DNA of 64,000 nucleotides from a bacterium (GTDB lineage: Bacteria; UBA8248): the NCBI GenBank assembly GCA_965213625.1, contig CBDBZU010000004.1, positions 2,496,001 through 2,560,000 on the forward strand. Reading direction: 5' to 3'. The translations under genes were made by a program, and so were the position numbers. Every line of letters begins with the position of its first letter. The first letter of the stretch is position 1. Below the pieces are notes generated by a model that was not told the origin of the DNA, did no database searches, and was given only the letters and a program-made list of their open reading frames with translations. Positions 52,292 to 62,253 of the stretch are shown here, piece after piece.

Positions 52292-53614
52292 ATGACCAGG
52301 CAACTGCACCTCAATTTGTTCATCCAGTCCCGGGGCCACCACGAAGCAGCCTGGAACCATCCCGATTCTTCGACGGCCTCGCTTACCGATATAAACTACT
52401 ATGTGGATTTAGCCCAACGTGCGGAGAAGGCGCTTTTTGATTCGCTCTTTTTCGCCGATTCCCTGATGTTGACGCCGGATGCGCCGCGCGCCGGGCGGCT
52501 CTGGCTGGAACCAATCACTTTATTGGCGGCGATCGCCGTCGCAACCGAGCGGGTCGGGCTGATCGCGACGGGGTCGAGCACATATTTCGAGGCCTTCAAC
52601 CTGGCGCGGCAGTTCAGCTCGATCGATCACATCAGCAATGGCCGCGCCGGCTGGAATATCGTCACCACCTGGATGGCGAAGGTCTCGCGCAATTTCGGTG
52701 ATGCGGGTCAGGATAGTCATGCGGACCGCTACCTGATGGCCGAGGAATTCGTACAGGTCGTCAAAGATTTATGGGACAGCTGGGCCGATGACGCCGTGGT
52801 AGACGATCGCAAAGGCGGCGCCTACGCCAAAAGCGATCGAATTCGTCCAATCGACTTTAGTGGCAAGTATTATAGCGTTGCGGGGCCGCTGACCCTGCCG
52901 CGCAGTCCGCAGGGGCGGCCGGTGCTGGTGCAGGCGGGATCGTCGGATGCCGGACGTGATTTTGCTTCGCGTCACGCCGAGGCGGTATTTACGGCCCACC
53001 TCGAAAAGGCGACGGCGCAGCAGTTTTACACGGATATCAAGAAGCGGGCGGCAGCGGCGGGCCGCGATGCAAGCCAGGTCCTGATTCTGCCTGGCCTGAG
53101 CCCGATGATTGCGTCGACCGAGGCCGAAGCAAAACGGATGGAGCAGGACCTCAATGAGAGTACCGACCCGGAGAGCGGTCGCCGTACGCTCTCTTCACGG
53201 TTCGACGGACATGATTTCTCGCATTTGCCGCTGGACCGACCGCTGACGCCGGACGATTTCCCTCCACCCTCCGGTGTCGAAACCATGCGTAGCCGGTCCG
53301 AGTTGGTCGTCAATCTCGTGCGTAACGAAGGCCTTACCTTGCGGCAGCTTCTGGCCCGTTTCGCCGGTGCTCGCGGCCACTTTACTTTCGCCGGCACACC
53401 CGGGCAGGTCGCTGATTTGATTGAGGACTGGTTCCGGGATGGCGCCGCCGATGGTTTCAATGTCATGCCGCCGCTTTTTCCCACGATGCTGGATGCTTTT
53501 GTCGAAGAGGTGATTCCGGTTCTTCAGCGCCGCGGGCTGTTCCGGACGGAATATGAAGGCAAGACGCTGCGGGAACACTATGGGCTCGATAGACCCGCCG
53601 GGCGGTTTTGGTAG
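52292..53614 (+). CDS. LLM-class FMN-dependent monooxygenase (NtaA/DszA family)
   Basis: HEAAW; LEPITLL; GRAGWNIVT; SPQGRPVLVQAGSS; GLFRTEY.G.TLRE. Confidence 0.93.
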   Translation: MTRQLHLNLFIQSRGHHEAAWNHPDSSTASLTDINYYVDLAQRAEKALFDSLFFADSLMLTPDAPRAGRLWLEPITLLAAIAVATERVGLIATGSSTYFEAFNLARQFSSIDHISNGRAGWNIVTTWMAKVSRNFGDAGQDSHADRYLMAEEFVQVVKDLWDSWADDAVVDDRKGGAYAKSDRIRPIDFSGKYYSVAGPLTLPRSPQGRPVLVQAGSSDAGRDFASRHAEAVFTAHLEKATAQQFYTDIKKRAAAAGRDASQVLILPGLSPMIASTEAEAKRMEQDLNESTDPESGRRTLSSRFDGHDFSHLPLDRPLTPDDFPPPSGVETMRSRSELVVNLVRNEGLTLRQLLARFAGARGHFTFAGTPGQVADLIEDWFRDGAADGFNVMPPLFPTMLDAFVEEVIPVLQRRGLFRTEYEGKTLREHYGLDRPAGRFW

Positions 53615-53662
53615 ATGAAAAGACGCTGAATTTTCCAGGCGCCGCGAACTCCTTATAACTTT

Positions 53663-53778
53663 ATGCAGGGACTTATGTCATGCGGTGAATAGGAGCGCTA
53701 TTCACCGCATTTCGTGCGGTAATTATGCTTGCTTATGCAGTGAATAAAAGCAGAATCACTACAATTAATGCGGTGATT
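53663..53778. promoter_or_regulatory. Palindrome and iterated TGCRGTGAAT-like boxes upstream of the Fic gene
   Basis: ATGCGGTGAATAG-GAGCG-CTATTCACCGCAT at 53680-53710, plus related boxes at 53715, 53736 and 53769. Confidence 0.6.
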
Positions 53779-53781
53779 GAT

Positions 53782-54105
53782 ATGTGGATACATGAACATC
53801 AAAGCTGGCCGGACTTCATCTGGGACGAAGGAAAACTCGCCTCGATGCTTTCGGAGGTTCGGCATCGGCAGGGTCGTCTGCTCGGCAGGATGGAAGGATT
53901 GGGCTTTGTGCTCAGGCGTGAGGCGAGCCTCATCACGCTGACGAATGATGTGGTCAAATCATCAGCCATCGAGGGAGAAAATCTGGATCCCCGAGAGGTG
54001 AACTTATCCATCGTCCGACGCTTGGACATCGATTTTGCCGGGCTTGTTCCAACAAGCCGCGATGTCGAGGCCATCGACAGGCTCAAGAAGTATTTATGGC
54101 GCTAG
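53782..54105 (+). pseudogene. Truncated Fic-family gene (DUF4172 N-terminus only)
   Basis: MWIHEHQSWPDFIWD...QGRLLG...SSAIEGE.L...V..SI.RRL; ends before any HPFxxGNGR motif. Confidence 0.82.
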
Positions 54106-54144
54106 GTAGAGTGGCCTGACGAGTAAGGAAGCGAGTTGTGGTTG

Positions 54145-54555
54145 TTATCTCTTCCGAGCAGTGCATTCTCGAAAGTATTGTTCGATATATTTTTCTGGAG
54201 CCTGAAGGGTGCCCCAGATCGTTTTCTGAGAACGCAACTCAACAAGGACGCCTTTCGAGACATCTTTGAAGGCGAGACTATAGGAATAGTTGCCCGTGGC
54301 GCCGCCGAGCATAGCCTTGAAATCTGAAGATACAAACCATCGTTCACGCCGTTGATCGAAAATTCTACGAAATTCAAATTCCATGAGACCCCCATAGTTT
54401 TCTCTCAAAATGTCCTCCATGCAGGCAGAGAGCGGCTCCGCAGCAATTCCAGCGAGATCATAACGGCGGTCAGGAGCTATGCTTTTTATTTCGACATAAG
54501 AAGCGCAACCAGCCGTAATCAAAGCGACTAAAATTGCAAAGAACCTACAAAGCAT
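54145..54555 (-). CDS. Hypothetical lipoprotein
   Basis: GGAGG RBS; MLCRFFAILVALITAGC lipobox; lower GC. Confidence 0.65.
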   Translation of the reverse strand: MLCRFFAILVALITAGCASYVEIKSIAPDRRYDLAGIAAEPLSACMEDILRENYGGLMEFEFRRIFDQRRERWFVSSDFKAMLGGATGNYSYSLAFKDVSKGVLVELRSQKTIWGTLQAPEKYIEQYFRECTARKR

Positions 54556-54631
54556 TTCATTACCTCCAAGGGTCATCTGGAACGAGGAGTTGAACTAATA
54601 ACGTTGACTTTCGAGCATAATTATCCCCCCA

Positions 54632-55765
54632 TCACGCGATGCGCGTACCGAACTTCTCTATCGCTTCTTCAGAGAGCGTCAGCCCGAGGCCCGGCGCATC
54701 GTTCAGATAGAGCGTCCCGTTCTCGATGCGGGGCGGGTTCTCGAACAATTCGGCCTGCAGCGGGTCGCGCTCGGGGTCCGTGAACGACTCCACGATGCAG
54801 CCAGCCGGCGAGGCCGCCACGATGTGGGCGTGGATGAAACAGTCGTGGTGCGGAGCGATTTCCACGTGGTTGAGTTCCGCGAGGGCCGCGAGTTTTCTCC
54901 CCATGGTGAATCCGCCCATGCGCGTGCAGTCGAACTGCACGATGTCTATCGCCTGCTCCTCGAGCAGCGCGCGCACGCCGTGCCCCGTCTGTTCGCTCTC
55001 CCCGGCGGAGAGGGGGATGTCCGTCTTCCGAGCGAGAATCTTGAGTTCCCGCCTGTCGTCGAACCAGCGCACGGGCTCCTCGAGCCAGCGGGGGCGGATC
55101 TCCTGGAGCAGACGCGCGCCCTCGATGGCGGTGGGCAGATCCCAGGCGCTGTTCACGTCGAGCATGAGCTCGGCCTCATCGCCGATCACATCGCGGATCA
55201 CCCGCAGGCGCGCCATGTCTTCCTCCAGTGAGGCGCCGCCGATTTTCGCCTTGAACGCCTTGTGTCCCTGCTCGTGGAGCATTTCCATTTCTTCGCGCAA
55301 CTCGACTAAATCTTTCCCGTCGCGGTAATAGGCGCAGGTGACGTAGCAGGGCACGTCTTCCCGATATCCGCCGAAGAGGCGAAACAGGGGCTGCCCCGAG
55401 GCCTTTCCGAGAATATCCCACATGGCGAGGTCGAGGGCCGCGCTGGTGATGAGCATCCCGTTCCGCGACCATTCCTTCACAAAGGCGAGCTTTTGATGGG
55501 TGATGGAGAAAATCTTCTCGTACAGCCTCTCGGGGGCCAGCGCGTCCTCCCCTACGATGAGTTCCTTGAGACCTTCGTTGAACATCTCGGCCGCGCCCTT
55601 GATGAGGAGACGGCTGCTGCCGAGGCCGAAACCCTCGATCCCCTCGTCGGTTTTGAGCCGAATCAGCAACTCGTTCGCCTGGTGGACGGGGTAATGGCTG
55701 ACCCAGTGGCCGCGCTCCTCGGGCGGGCCGGTGAGCATATATGCTTCCACGTCTGTAATCTTCAT
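54632..55765 (-). CDS. Mandelate racemase / muconate lactonizing enzyme family protein
   Basis: MKITDV; LDLAMWDILGK..G.PL..L.GG; KAKIG; LDVN, EEP and GES metal ligands; PGLG. Confidence 0.92.
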   Translation of the reverse strand: MKITDVEAYMLTGPPEERGHWVSHYPVHQANELLIRLKTDEGIEGFGLGSSRLLIKGAAEMFNEGLKELIVGEDALAPERLYEKIFSITHQKLAFVKEWSRNGMLITSAALDLAMWDILGKASGQPLFRLFGGYREDVPCYVTCAYYRDGKDLVELREEMEMLHEQGHKAFKAKIGGASLEEDMARLRVIRDVIGDEAELMLDVNSAWDLPTAIEGARLLQEIRPRWLEEPVRWFDDRRELKILARKTDIPLSAGESEQTGHGVRALLEEQAIDIVQFDCTRMGGFTMGRKLAALAELNHVEIAPHHDCFIHAHIVAASPAGCIVESFTDPERDPLQAELFENPPRIENGTLYLNDAPGLGLTLSEEAIEKFGTRIA

Positions 55766-55913
55766 GCTTTTCCTCATGAGTTCGTATGAAATGTCGGATG
55801 GCGTCCGTAAAGCCGGGCTAGTTTGCCAGAGCTTCGGGGCGTTCACAATCGCCGGGCCTTGGGGTAGGATAGCGCGGTTTTTGGGGCGTTAATCTTGATC
55901 GAGGTGTTGCGAA

Positions 55914-56753
55914 ATGAACGATTCGCCGAGAGTGAGCTATCTGGGGCCGGAGGCCACCTTTACGCACGAAGCCGCCATTTTGCGCTTTGGCGAGGGGGCT
56001 GCTCTCTCGCCCGCCCAGAGCATCGACGCCGTGTTCGATGAGGTGGAAGGCCGTCGCTCCCGGTGGGGCGTTGTTCCGATCGAAAACGCGATCGAGGGCA
56101 CGGTCAACATCACGCTGGACAGGCTTTTGGAATCCCCGCTGTTGGTGGAGTGTGAAATCACGCTGCCCATCGACATCCACTTGCTCACGAACGCAGACTC
56201 CATTGCGGAGGTGGACTGCATTCTCAGCCACCCCCATGCGGTGGCCCAGTGCCGGCGTTGGCTTCGTGAGAACGCCTCGGGCGTCAAAATCGAAGAAGTA
56301 TGGAGCACCTCACTGGCGGCGAAGATGGCCGCCGAAGATCCCGGGCGCGCGGCCCTGGGCAGCCGATTTGCTGCCGAGCATTATGGTCTGAAGATCATTG
56401 AGGAAAAGCTCGATTCCGAGATCATCAACGTGACGCGCTTTTTCGTCATCGGGACCGAGAAACCCGAACGCGGGACGTATTCCAAAACGAGCCTGTTCTT
56501 CGGCCTGCCGAACGAATCGGGCGCGCTTCATAAGGCGCTGGCACCCATCGCCGAGCGCGAACTCAACATGACGAAACTCGAATCCCGGCCATCGCGAAGA
56601 GCGGCGTGGGAGTACGTTTTCTACATGGAAATCGATGGTTTTGCGGAAGATGAGGCGATATCGCAGGGTATTTCGGAACTGAGAAATCTGGTGGAATTTA
56701 TTCGCGTACTGGGTTCGTATCCTGTGCTGAGGCAAGAGCGCGAAGAAAATTGA
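55914..56753 (+). CDS. pheA: Prephenate dehydratase (no chorismate mutase domain)
   Basis: YLGPEATFT; VPIEN..EG; SHPHAVAQC; TRF; TKLESRP ACT domain. Confidence 0.92.
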   Translation: MNDSPRVSYLGPEATFTHEAAILRFGEGAALSPAQSIDAVFDEVEGRRSRWGVVPIENAIEGTVNITLDRLLESPLLVECEITLPIDIHLLTNADSIAEVDCILSHPHAVAQCRRWLRENASGVKIEEVWSTSLAAKMAAEDPGRAALGSRFAAEHYGLKIIEEKLDSEIINVTRFFVIGTEKPERGTYSKTSLFFGLPNESGALHKALAPIAERELNMTKLESRPSRRAAWEYVFYMEIDGFAEDEAISQGISELRNLVEFIRVLGSYPVLRQEREEN

Positions 56754-56819
56754 TGTTTTGAGATGCGGATGGATTTTTCGCCGCAGACGTCTGGCGCCGT
56801 TGGTGTGTGAGGAGAGGGA

Positions 56820-57908
56820 ATGAGATTTCAAAGGGCGCGTCCCGTTTCGGACATCATCGTCTACCAGCCGGGAAAGCCGGTGGAAGAACTCGAGCGCGAA
56901 CTCGGCATCGCCGATTCCATCAAGGTGGCCTCGAACGAAAACCCTCTGGGGCCGTCACCCAGGGCCGTGGAAGCGGTGAACGGTGCCATAGAGGAATTGC
57001 ACCGCTATCCCGACGGCGGGGGTTTCTATCTCAAAAACGCGCTGGCTGAACATCATGGGCTGGCGCCGGGGAATTTGGTTCTCGGCAATGGTACGAACGA
57101 GGTTCTGGAGATTCTGGCGCATGCGTATCTGGACCCTGGAGACCCCGTGGTTTTCTCAGAGGGGGCCTTCATCGTCTACCACATCGTCTCGCAGCTCTGC
57201 TCGTGTGAGATAAGGCGCGCGCCGATGCGCGATTATCACCAGGACTTGGGCGCCTTGGCGGATCTGGTCTGCGAAAAGACGAAAATCGTCTTCCTCGCGA
57301 ATCCCAACAACCCCACGGGTACGGCGGTGGGGGAGGGGAAACTCAGAGAGTTTCTCCAAAAAATCCCGCAGACCACCCTCGTCGTCATGGACGAGGCCTA
57401 TTGCCATTACGCGCATCTGGAGGATTACCCCGACGCCGCGCGTATGCTGGACGAATTCCCGAACCTCGTCGCCATGCGCACCTTCTCCAAGGTCTATGGC
57501 CTGGCCGGGCTGCGCGTCGGCTACGGCGTGGCGGATGAGGAAGTCGCCCAGGCGATGGAAAGCGTCCGCGAGCCGTTCAACGTGAATTCCCTGGCTCTCG
57601 TGGCCGCGCAGGCCGCATTGGGCGACACCGGGCACGTCGAAAGGTCGGTCGCGGTGAACGCCGAGGGCCGGGAGTATTTCGTGTACGAGCTGTCGGCTAT
57701 GGGCCTTCCTTTCGTTCCCACGCAGGGGAATTTCATGATGGTCGAGGTGGGCGAAGCGATGCAGGTGTATGAAGCCCTACTCAGGGAGGGCGTCATCGTC
57801 AGGCCCGTGGCGGGATACGGTTTCCCGCGCCACCTGCGGGTTTCCATCGGTACGCCGGAGGAGAACGAAGAGGTGATAAAGGGGATGTATAAAGTGATGA
57901 ATATATAG
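56820..57908 (+). CDS. hisC: Histidinol-phosphate / aromatic aminotransferase
   Basis: YQPGKP; ASNENPLG; NPNNPTG; DEAY; RTFSKVYGLAGLRVGY. Confidence 0.93.
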   Translation: MRFQRARPVSDIIVYQPGKPVEELERELGIADSIKVASNENPLGPSPRAVEAVNGAIEELHRYPDGGGFYLKNALAEHHGLAPGNLVLGNGTNEVLEILAHAYLDPGDPVVFSEGAFIVYHIVSQLCSCEIRRAPMRDYHQDLGALADLVCEKTKIVFLANPNNPTGTAVGEGKLREFLQKIPQTTLVVMDEAYCHYAHLEDYPDAARMLDEFPNLVAMRTFSKVYGLAGLRVGYGVADEEVAQAMESVREPFNVNSLALVAAQAALGDTGHVERSVAVNAEGREYFVYELSAMGLPFVPTQGNFMMVEVGEAMQVYEALLREGVIVRPVAGYGFPRHLRVSIGTPEENEEVIKGMYKVMNI

Positions 57909-57965
57909 TCATAACAAGTAGATACAAATATAATCTAATGTAATTTATAGAATAATGAAAAGGGT

Positions 57966-58832
57966 ATGAAAGTGCTTTTCGAGCAGATGACCATCATCGG
58001 CGTGGGACTCATCGGCGGCTCGCTGGCCCGCGCCGCCAGAGAGAGGGGTCTCGTTTCGAGATTCGTCGGCGCCGGCCGCAGTCTGGGCAATCTCGAACGC
58101 GCACTCGAACTGGGCGTCGTGGATCGCTTCGAGACGGACCATCTGGAGGCGGTGCGCGATTCGGACCTCGTCGTGGTTTGCACCCCGGTGCGCTCGGCCG
58201 TACGGGTGACGGAGACGATTCTGCCCGAAATGGCTCCCGGGGCCCTGCTCACCGATGTGGGCAGCGTAAAGGCGCCCTACGTGCGTGCGGTGGAGGCGAT
58301 GGATTTGGGAGACGTGAAATTCCTGGCGAGCCATCCCGTCGCCGGCGGCGAGAAAACAGGCGTTGAGGCGAGTTTTTCCACTCTCTTCGAAGCGCACCAG
58401 ACCATCCTGACGCCGACGGAGAGAACCCATCCTGAATCCATCGAACGCCTGCGGGCGCTTTGGGAGGGAGTGGGCGCGAACGTCGAGATTCTCGACCCCG
58501 AGGCACATGATCGCGTGATGGCCGACATCAGCCATCTCCCGCATCTTGTGGCCTACGCCATGATGAATACCGCTCTTGAGGGCGGGGCGCTCCGGAATGC
58601 GTCGAGCGGGTTTCGGGATTTTTCACGAATCGCGTCCTCAGGAGCGGAAATGTGGCGCGAAATCTGCGAAGACAACCAGGAGGCGCTTCTGGGCGCGCTG
58701 GACAGGTTCGAGAATGAGCTGGCGGATCTTCGGAGATTGCTGGAAGAGGCGGATTCCGAGGGGCTCGAGAGCGCGTTTTCGAGAGCCAAAGACGGCCGGG
58801 ACGAATGGGCGCGGAAAAAGGGTTGGGCTTGA
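57966..58832 (+). CDS. tyrA: Prephenate/arogenate dehydrogenase
   Basis: GVGLIGGS; TDVGSVK; HPVAG; HD...A.ISHLPH; FRDFSRIA. Confidence 0.93.
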   Translation: MKVLFEQMTIIGVGLIGGSLARAARERGLVSRFVGAGRSLGNLERALELGVVDRFETDHLEAVRDSDLVVVCTPVRSAVRVTETILPEMAPGALLTDVGSVKAPYVRAVEAMDLGDVKFLASHPVAGGEKTGVEASFSTLFEAHQTILTPTERTHPESIERLRALWEGVGANVEILDPEAHDRVMADISHLPHLVAYAMMNTALEGGALRNASSGFRDFSRIASSGAEMWREICEDNQEALLGALDRFENELADLRRLLEEADSEGLESAFSRAKDGRDEWARKKGWA

Positions 58833-59542
58833 GAGAGAAATCGAGCCGAAAATCGGCCGGCATCGTCATACCCATCGATGGCCCGGCAGGTTCGGGCAAG
58901 AGTACGGCGGCCAAAGGGATCGCGGAGAGGCTGGGTTTCGACTACCTCGAGAGCGGCGCTCTCTACCGGGCTGTGGGTTACCGGGTTTTGAAGGAAAATC
59001 GAGAGGGTGATTTTGAGAGTCGGGCGGTCGACTCCGCGCGTGATTTGCGCTTCGAGTGTCGCAGGGATGGGAGTGGCTGGAGGAACATTCTGGACGGGGA
59101 AGACGTTACGGATGCGCTCCGGGCCGAAGAGATAAGCGATATGGCGTCGCGCGTGTCGGCGATACCAGGTGTACGGGCGGCGCTGCTCGATTTTCAAAGG
59201 AATTTCGGACGGGATCGAGGGGCCGTTATTGATGGCCGAGACATAGGCACGGTCGTTTTCCCGGAAGCCGGACTCAAATTTTTTCTCGATGCGGACATCG
59301 AAGTGCGAATCCAGCGGCGCTTCGCCGAACTCGAGGTGAGGGGAGTCTCCTTTCACCCCGATCGACTGCGTGAAGATTTGATGCGCAGGGACGAGAGGGA
59401 TCGTCACAGAGCCAGCGCGCCGCTGCGCAAGGCCGATGACGCAGAGGAGATACGAACGAGCGATATGGGCATTGACCGGGTGCTGGAGGTCATGTTAGAG
59501 AAAATCCGCATGGTTTACGGGGAAGCCATTGAGGATGCTTGA
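58829..59542 (+). CDS. cmk: Cytidylate kinase
   Basis: IDGPAGSGKST; GALYRA; DGRDIGTVVFP; RDERD..R..APL; TTG start overlapping the tyrA stop is inferred. Confidence 0.93.
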   Translation: MREKSSRKSAGIVIPIDGPAGSGKSTAAKGIAERLGFDYLESGALYRAVGYRVLKENREGDFESRAVDSARDLRFECRRDGSGWRNILDGEDVTDALRAEEISDMASRVSAIPGVRAALLDFQRNFGRDRGAVIDGRDIGTVVFPEAGLKFFLDADIEVRIQRRFAELEVRGVSFHPDRLREDLMRRDERDRHRASAPLRKADDAEEIRTSDMGIDRVLEVMLEKIRMVYGEAIEDA

Positions 59543-59677
59543 GTTATTGGTTGATTCTCTCCTTTCTCGCGTGTAATATTATTATTTCGCCAATTTCATG
59601 CCGATGACTGCGATAGCGGTGGGCGCTTGAGCGGTGGCGGCAATTTTCTTTTTCTCAAAACGGGGTAACGCAATCAG

Positions 59678-61588
59678 ATGACGGAAACTTCCTCTAACGA
59701 AACAGAGGCTCTTCCCACCTTCTCATCGAAGGTGGCCGAATTACTACCCGACGAAGTAGATCCAGACTCCCTTTCCGCAGAACAGATGGATGACTTATAC
59801 GCCTCCACGATGCAAGTGAAGGATGGCGAAATCATCGAAGGAACAGTTGTGGGGATGGAAGGCGAATATGTTCTCGTGGATGTAGGTTATAAATCTGAGG
59901 GTTTTGTGCCCCGCTTCGAATTCCCGAGCCGCGGTCGTGATCTGAAGCCTGGCGACAGGGTGGAAGTATTCGTCGAAGAGCGTGAGGACGAAGATGGCCT
60001 CATCGTGCTCTCGAAGGAAAAAGCGAACCGTATCAAGATTTGGGACGAGATTAGCAAGGCCCATGACAACGACGAGATTATCCAGGGCGAGGTCGTCGCC
60101 CGCATCAAGGGTGGTCTTACGGTCGACATCGGTCTCAAGGCCTTCCTGCCGGGTTCCCAGGTCGATCTGAGGCCGGTGAGAAACTTAGATCAGTTTATCG
60201 GCAAATCCTTTGACATGAAGATCATCAAGCTCAACAGGAAGCGCGGGAACATCGTTCTCTCCAGGCGCGTGCTCTTAGAGGATGAAAGAGCGGAACTCAA
60301 GCGCGAGACGCTTGCGAACCTCACCGAAGGCATGGAGAAGGTGGGCGTCGTCAAGAACATCACCGACTACGGCGCGTTCATCGACCTCGGCGGAATCGAC
60401 GGTCTGCTCCACATCACGGATATGTCGTGGGGGCGGGTGAGCCACCCGAGCGAGCTTCTCTCCATCGGGGACAGCGTCAAGGTCATCGTGCTCAAATACG
60501 ACAAGGAGCGCGAGCGCGTCTCCCTGGGCCACAAGCAGATCACGCCGGACCCCTGGGAGCACGTGGAAATCAAATACCCCATGACCGGCAAGGTTCGCGG
60601 ACGCGTCGTCTCCATCACCGATTACGGCGCTTTCGTCGAACTCGAACAGGGCGTCGAAGGTCTGGTGCACGTGTCGGAGATGTCCTGGACGAGGCGCGTT
60701 CGCCATCCCTCGAAATTCGTCGCGGTGGGCGATATCGTGGAAGCCGTCGTTTTGAACCTCGACAAGGAAGGCCGCAGGATTTCGCTGGGCATGAAGCAGG
60801 TCGAGGCCAACCCGTGGACCACGGTGGAGGAGAAATACCCCGTGGGCATGCGCGTAACGGGCAGCATCCGGAATTTGACGGAATTCGGCGCATTCGTCGC
60901 CTTGGACGAGGGCATCGACGGCCTCATCCACATTTCGGACATTTCCTGGACCCAGCGATTCAAGCACCCCTCTGAAATCCTGCGTAAGGGCCAGGAAATC
61001 GAGGCGGTCGTTCTGAGCGTGGACGTCGAAAAGGAGCGTCTCTCCCTCGGCATGAAACAAATCACACCGGATCCCTGGGACGACATCAACGACCGCTATG
61101 AGGTAGATGACGATATCGAGGCGAAAATCACGAAAATTACGAACTTCGGTGTTTTCGCCGCTCCCGAGGAAGACTTGGAGGGGCTGGTCCATATCTCCGA
61201 ACTCGATTCGGACAAGGTGAAAGAACCACAGGACGTGGTGCATGTGGGCGACGTGTTCAAAATGCGCGTCATCAAGATCGATCGGGAGCAAAGAAGGCTG
61301 GGCTTGAGCATCCGCGCATATGTGGAGTCCACTGGTGAGGACCCGGTGATAAGCCGGGCGCCCCAGCCTGTGGAACCGCCTGAAGGGGAAAGTGTTTCCT
61401 CCACCGAAGAAGTGGGGGAAGTAGAGGCTGCGCCTGAAGCGGAGGCCGATGCGGAGGAGACGCCTGAAGCGGAAGTCGTTGCGGAGGCTGATCCCGAAGT
61501 TGCGGAAGCGGAGGCTGATGTGGAGGAGACGCCCGAAGTAGAAACCGTAGCGGAGGCCTCTTCCGAGGTGGATGAGCAAGCGGGATAA
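59678..61588 (+). CDS. rpsA: 30S ribosomal protein S1 with an acidic C-terminal tail
   Basis: Six S1 repeats (DVGYKSEG; AFLPGSQ; GAFIDLGGIDGLLH...). Confidence 0.97.
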   Translation: MTETSSNETEALPTFSSKVAELLPDEVDPDSLSAEQMDDLYASTMQVKDGEIIEGTVVGMEGEYVLVDVGYKSEGFVPRFEFPSRGRDLKPGDRVEVFVEEREDEDGLIVLSKEKANRIKIWDEISKAHDNDEIIQGEVVARIKGGLTVDIGLKAFLPGSQVDLRPVRNLDQFIGKSFDMKIIKLNRKRGNIVLSRRVLLEDERAELKRETLANLTEGMEKVGVVKNITDYGAFIDLGGIDGLLHITDMSWGRVSHPSELLSIGDSVKVIVLKYDKERERVSLGHKQITPDPWEHVEIKYPMTGKVRGRVVSITDYGAFVELEQGVEGLVHVSEMSWTRRVRHPSKFVAVGDIVEAVVLNLDKEGRRISLGMKQVEANPWTTVEEKYPVGMRVTGSIRNLTEFGAFVALDEGIDGLIHISDISWTQRFKHPSEILRKGQEIEAVVLSVDVEKERLSLGMKQITPDPWDDINDRYEVDDDIEAKITKITNFGVFAAPEEDLEGLVHISELDSDKVKEPQDVVHVGDVFKMRVIKIDREQRRLGLSIRAYVESTGEDPVISRAPQPVEPPEGESVSSTEEVGEVEAAPEAEADAEETPEAEVVAEADPEVAEAEADVEETPEVETVAEASSEVDEQAG

Positions 61589-61833
61589 TTGAGTGGATGG
61601 CGATAAGCCATCCAGTGTATTTGTGGAAAATAGATCAGAGAGACTTCTCGCCGCTTGAGGGGGGCCTCGTTCTTTAACTGGCCGATTTACCGATCGTGCA
61701 ACATTGCACGGGTGGTTCGCCATGTGTGATTCGGTGACCACACCGGGTGGATAGCCGAATCCATAGGGCGGAAGCGTGGGTTTACCGATACGCGGACGTA
61801 TCCATCGCGCTCCCAGGGAGGATGATAATTCTC

Positions 61834-62193
61834 ATGACTAAGGCCGAGTTGGTTGAGCAGATAGCTGAGAAGATCAATCTCACGAAAAAAGACACCGAGC
61901 GCGTTGTGAACATCGTTTTCGGAAGCATCATGGGCGCTTTGGCGGATGGCGATAAGGTGGAGTTGCGTGGATTCGGGAGTTTTCGCGTGCGTTCGAGAAA
62001 CAGCCGCGACGGCCGGAACCCGAGAACGGGTGAAGCGGTGGCGATTCCGCCCAAGAATGTGCCGTTCTTCAAGGCAGGGAAAGAATTGAGGCAAATGGTC
62101 GATGACTTCGGGTTGTCTCCTTCAGGGGATGGCGGAGGAGAGCCCGAGTCCTCTGATAATGGCGCATCGGCTGAGGATGATTCTCTCTTCTGA
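61834..62193 (+). CDS. ihfB: Integration host factor beta / HU family protein
   Basis: MTKAELV; VELRGFGSF; GRNPRTG; FKAGKEL; follows rpsA. Confidence 0.85.
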   Translation: MTKAELVEQIAEKINLTKKDTERVVNIVFGSIMGALADGDKVELRGFGSFRVRSRNSRDGRNPRTGEAVAIPPKNVPFFKAGKELRQMVDDFGLSPSGDGGGEPESSDNGASAEDDSLF

Positions 62194-62253
62194 ACAAGCG
62201 GTTTTCAGACAGCACGTCCCCGGGACTCTCCCGCCCAATCGGAACTTTTTCTC

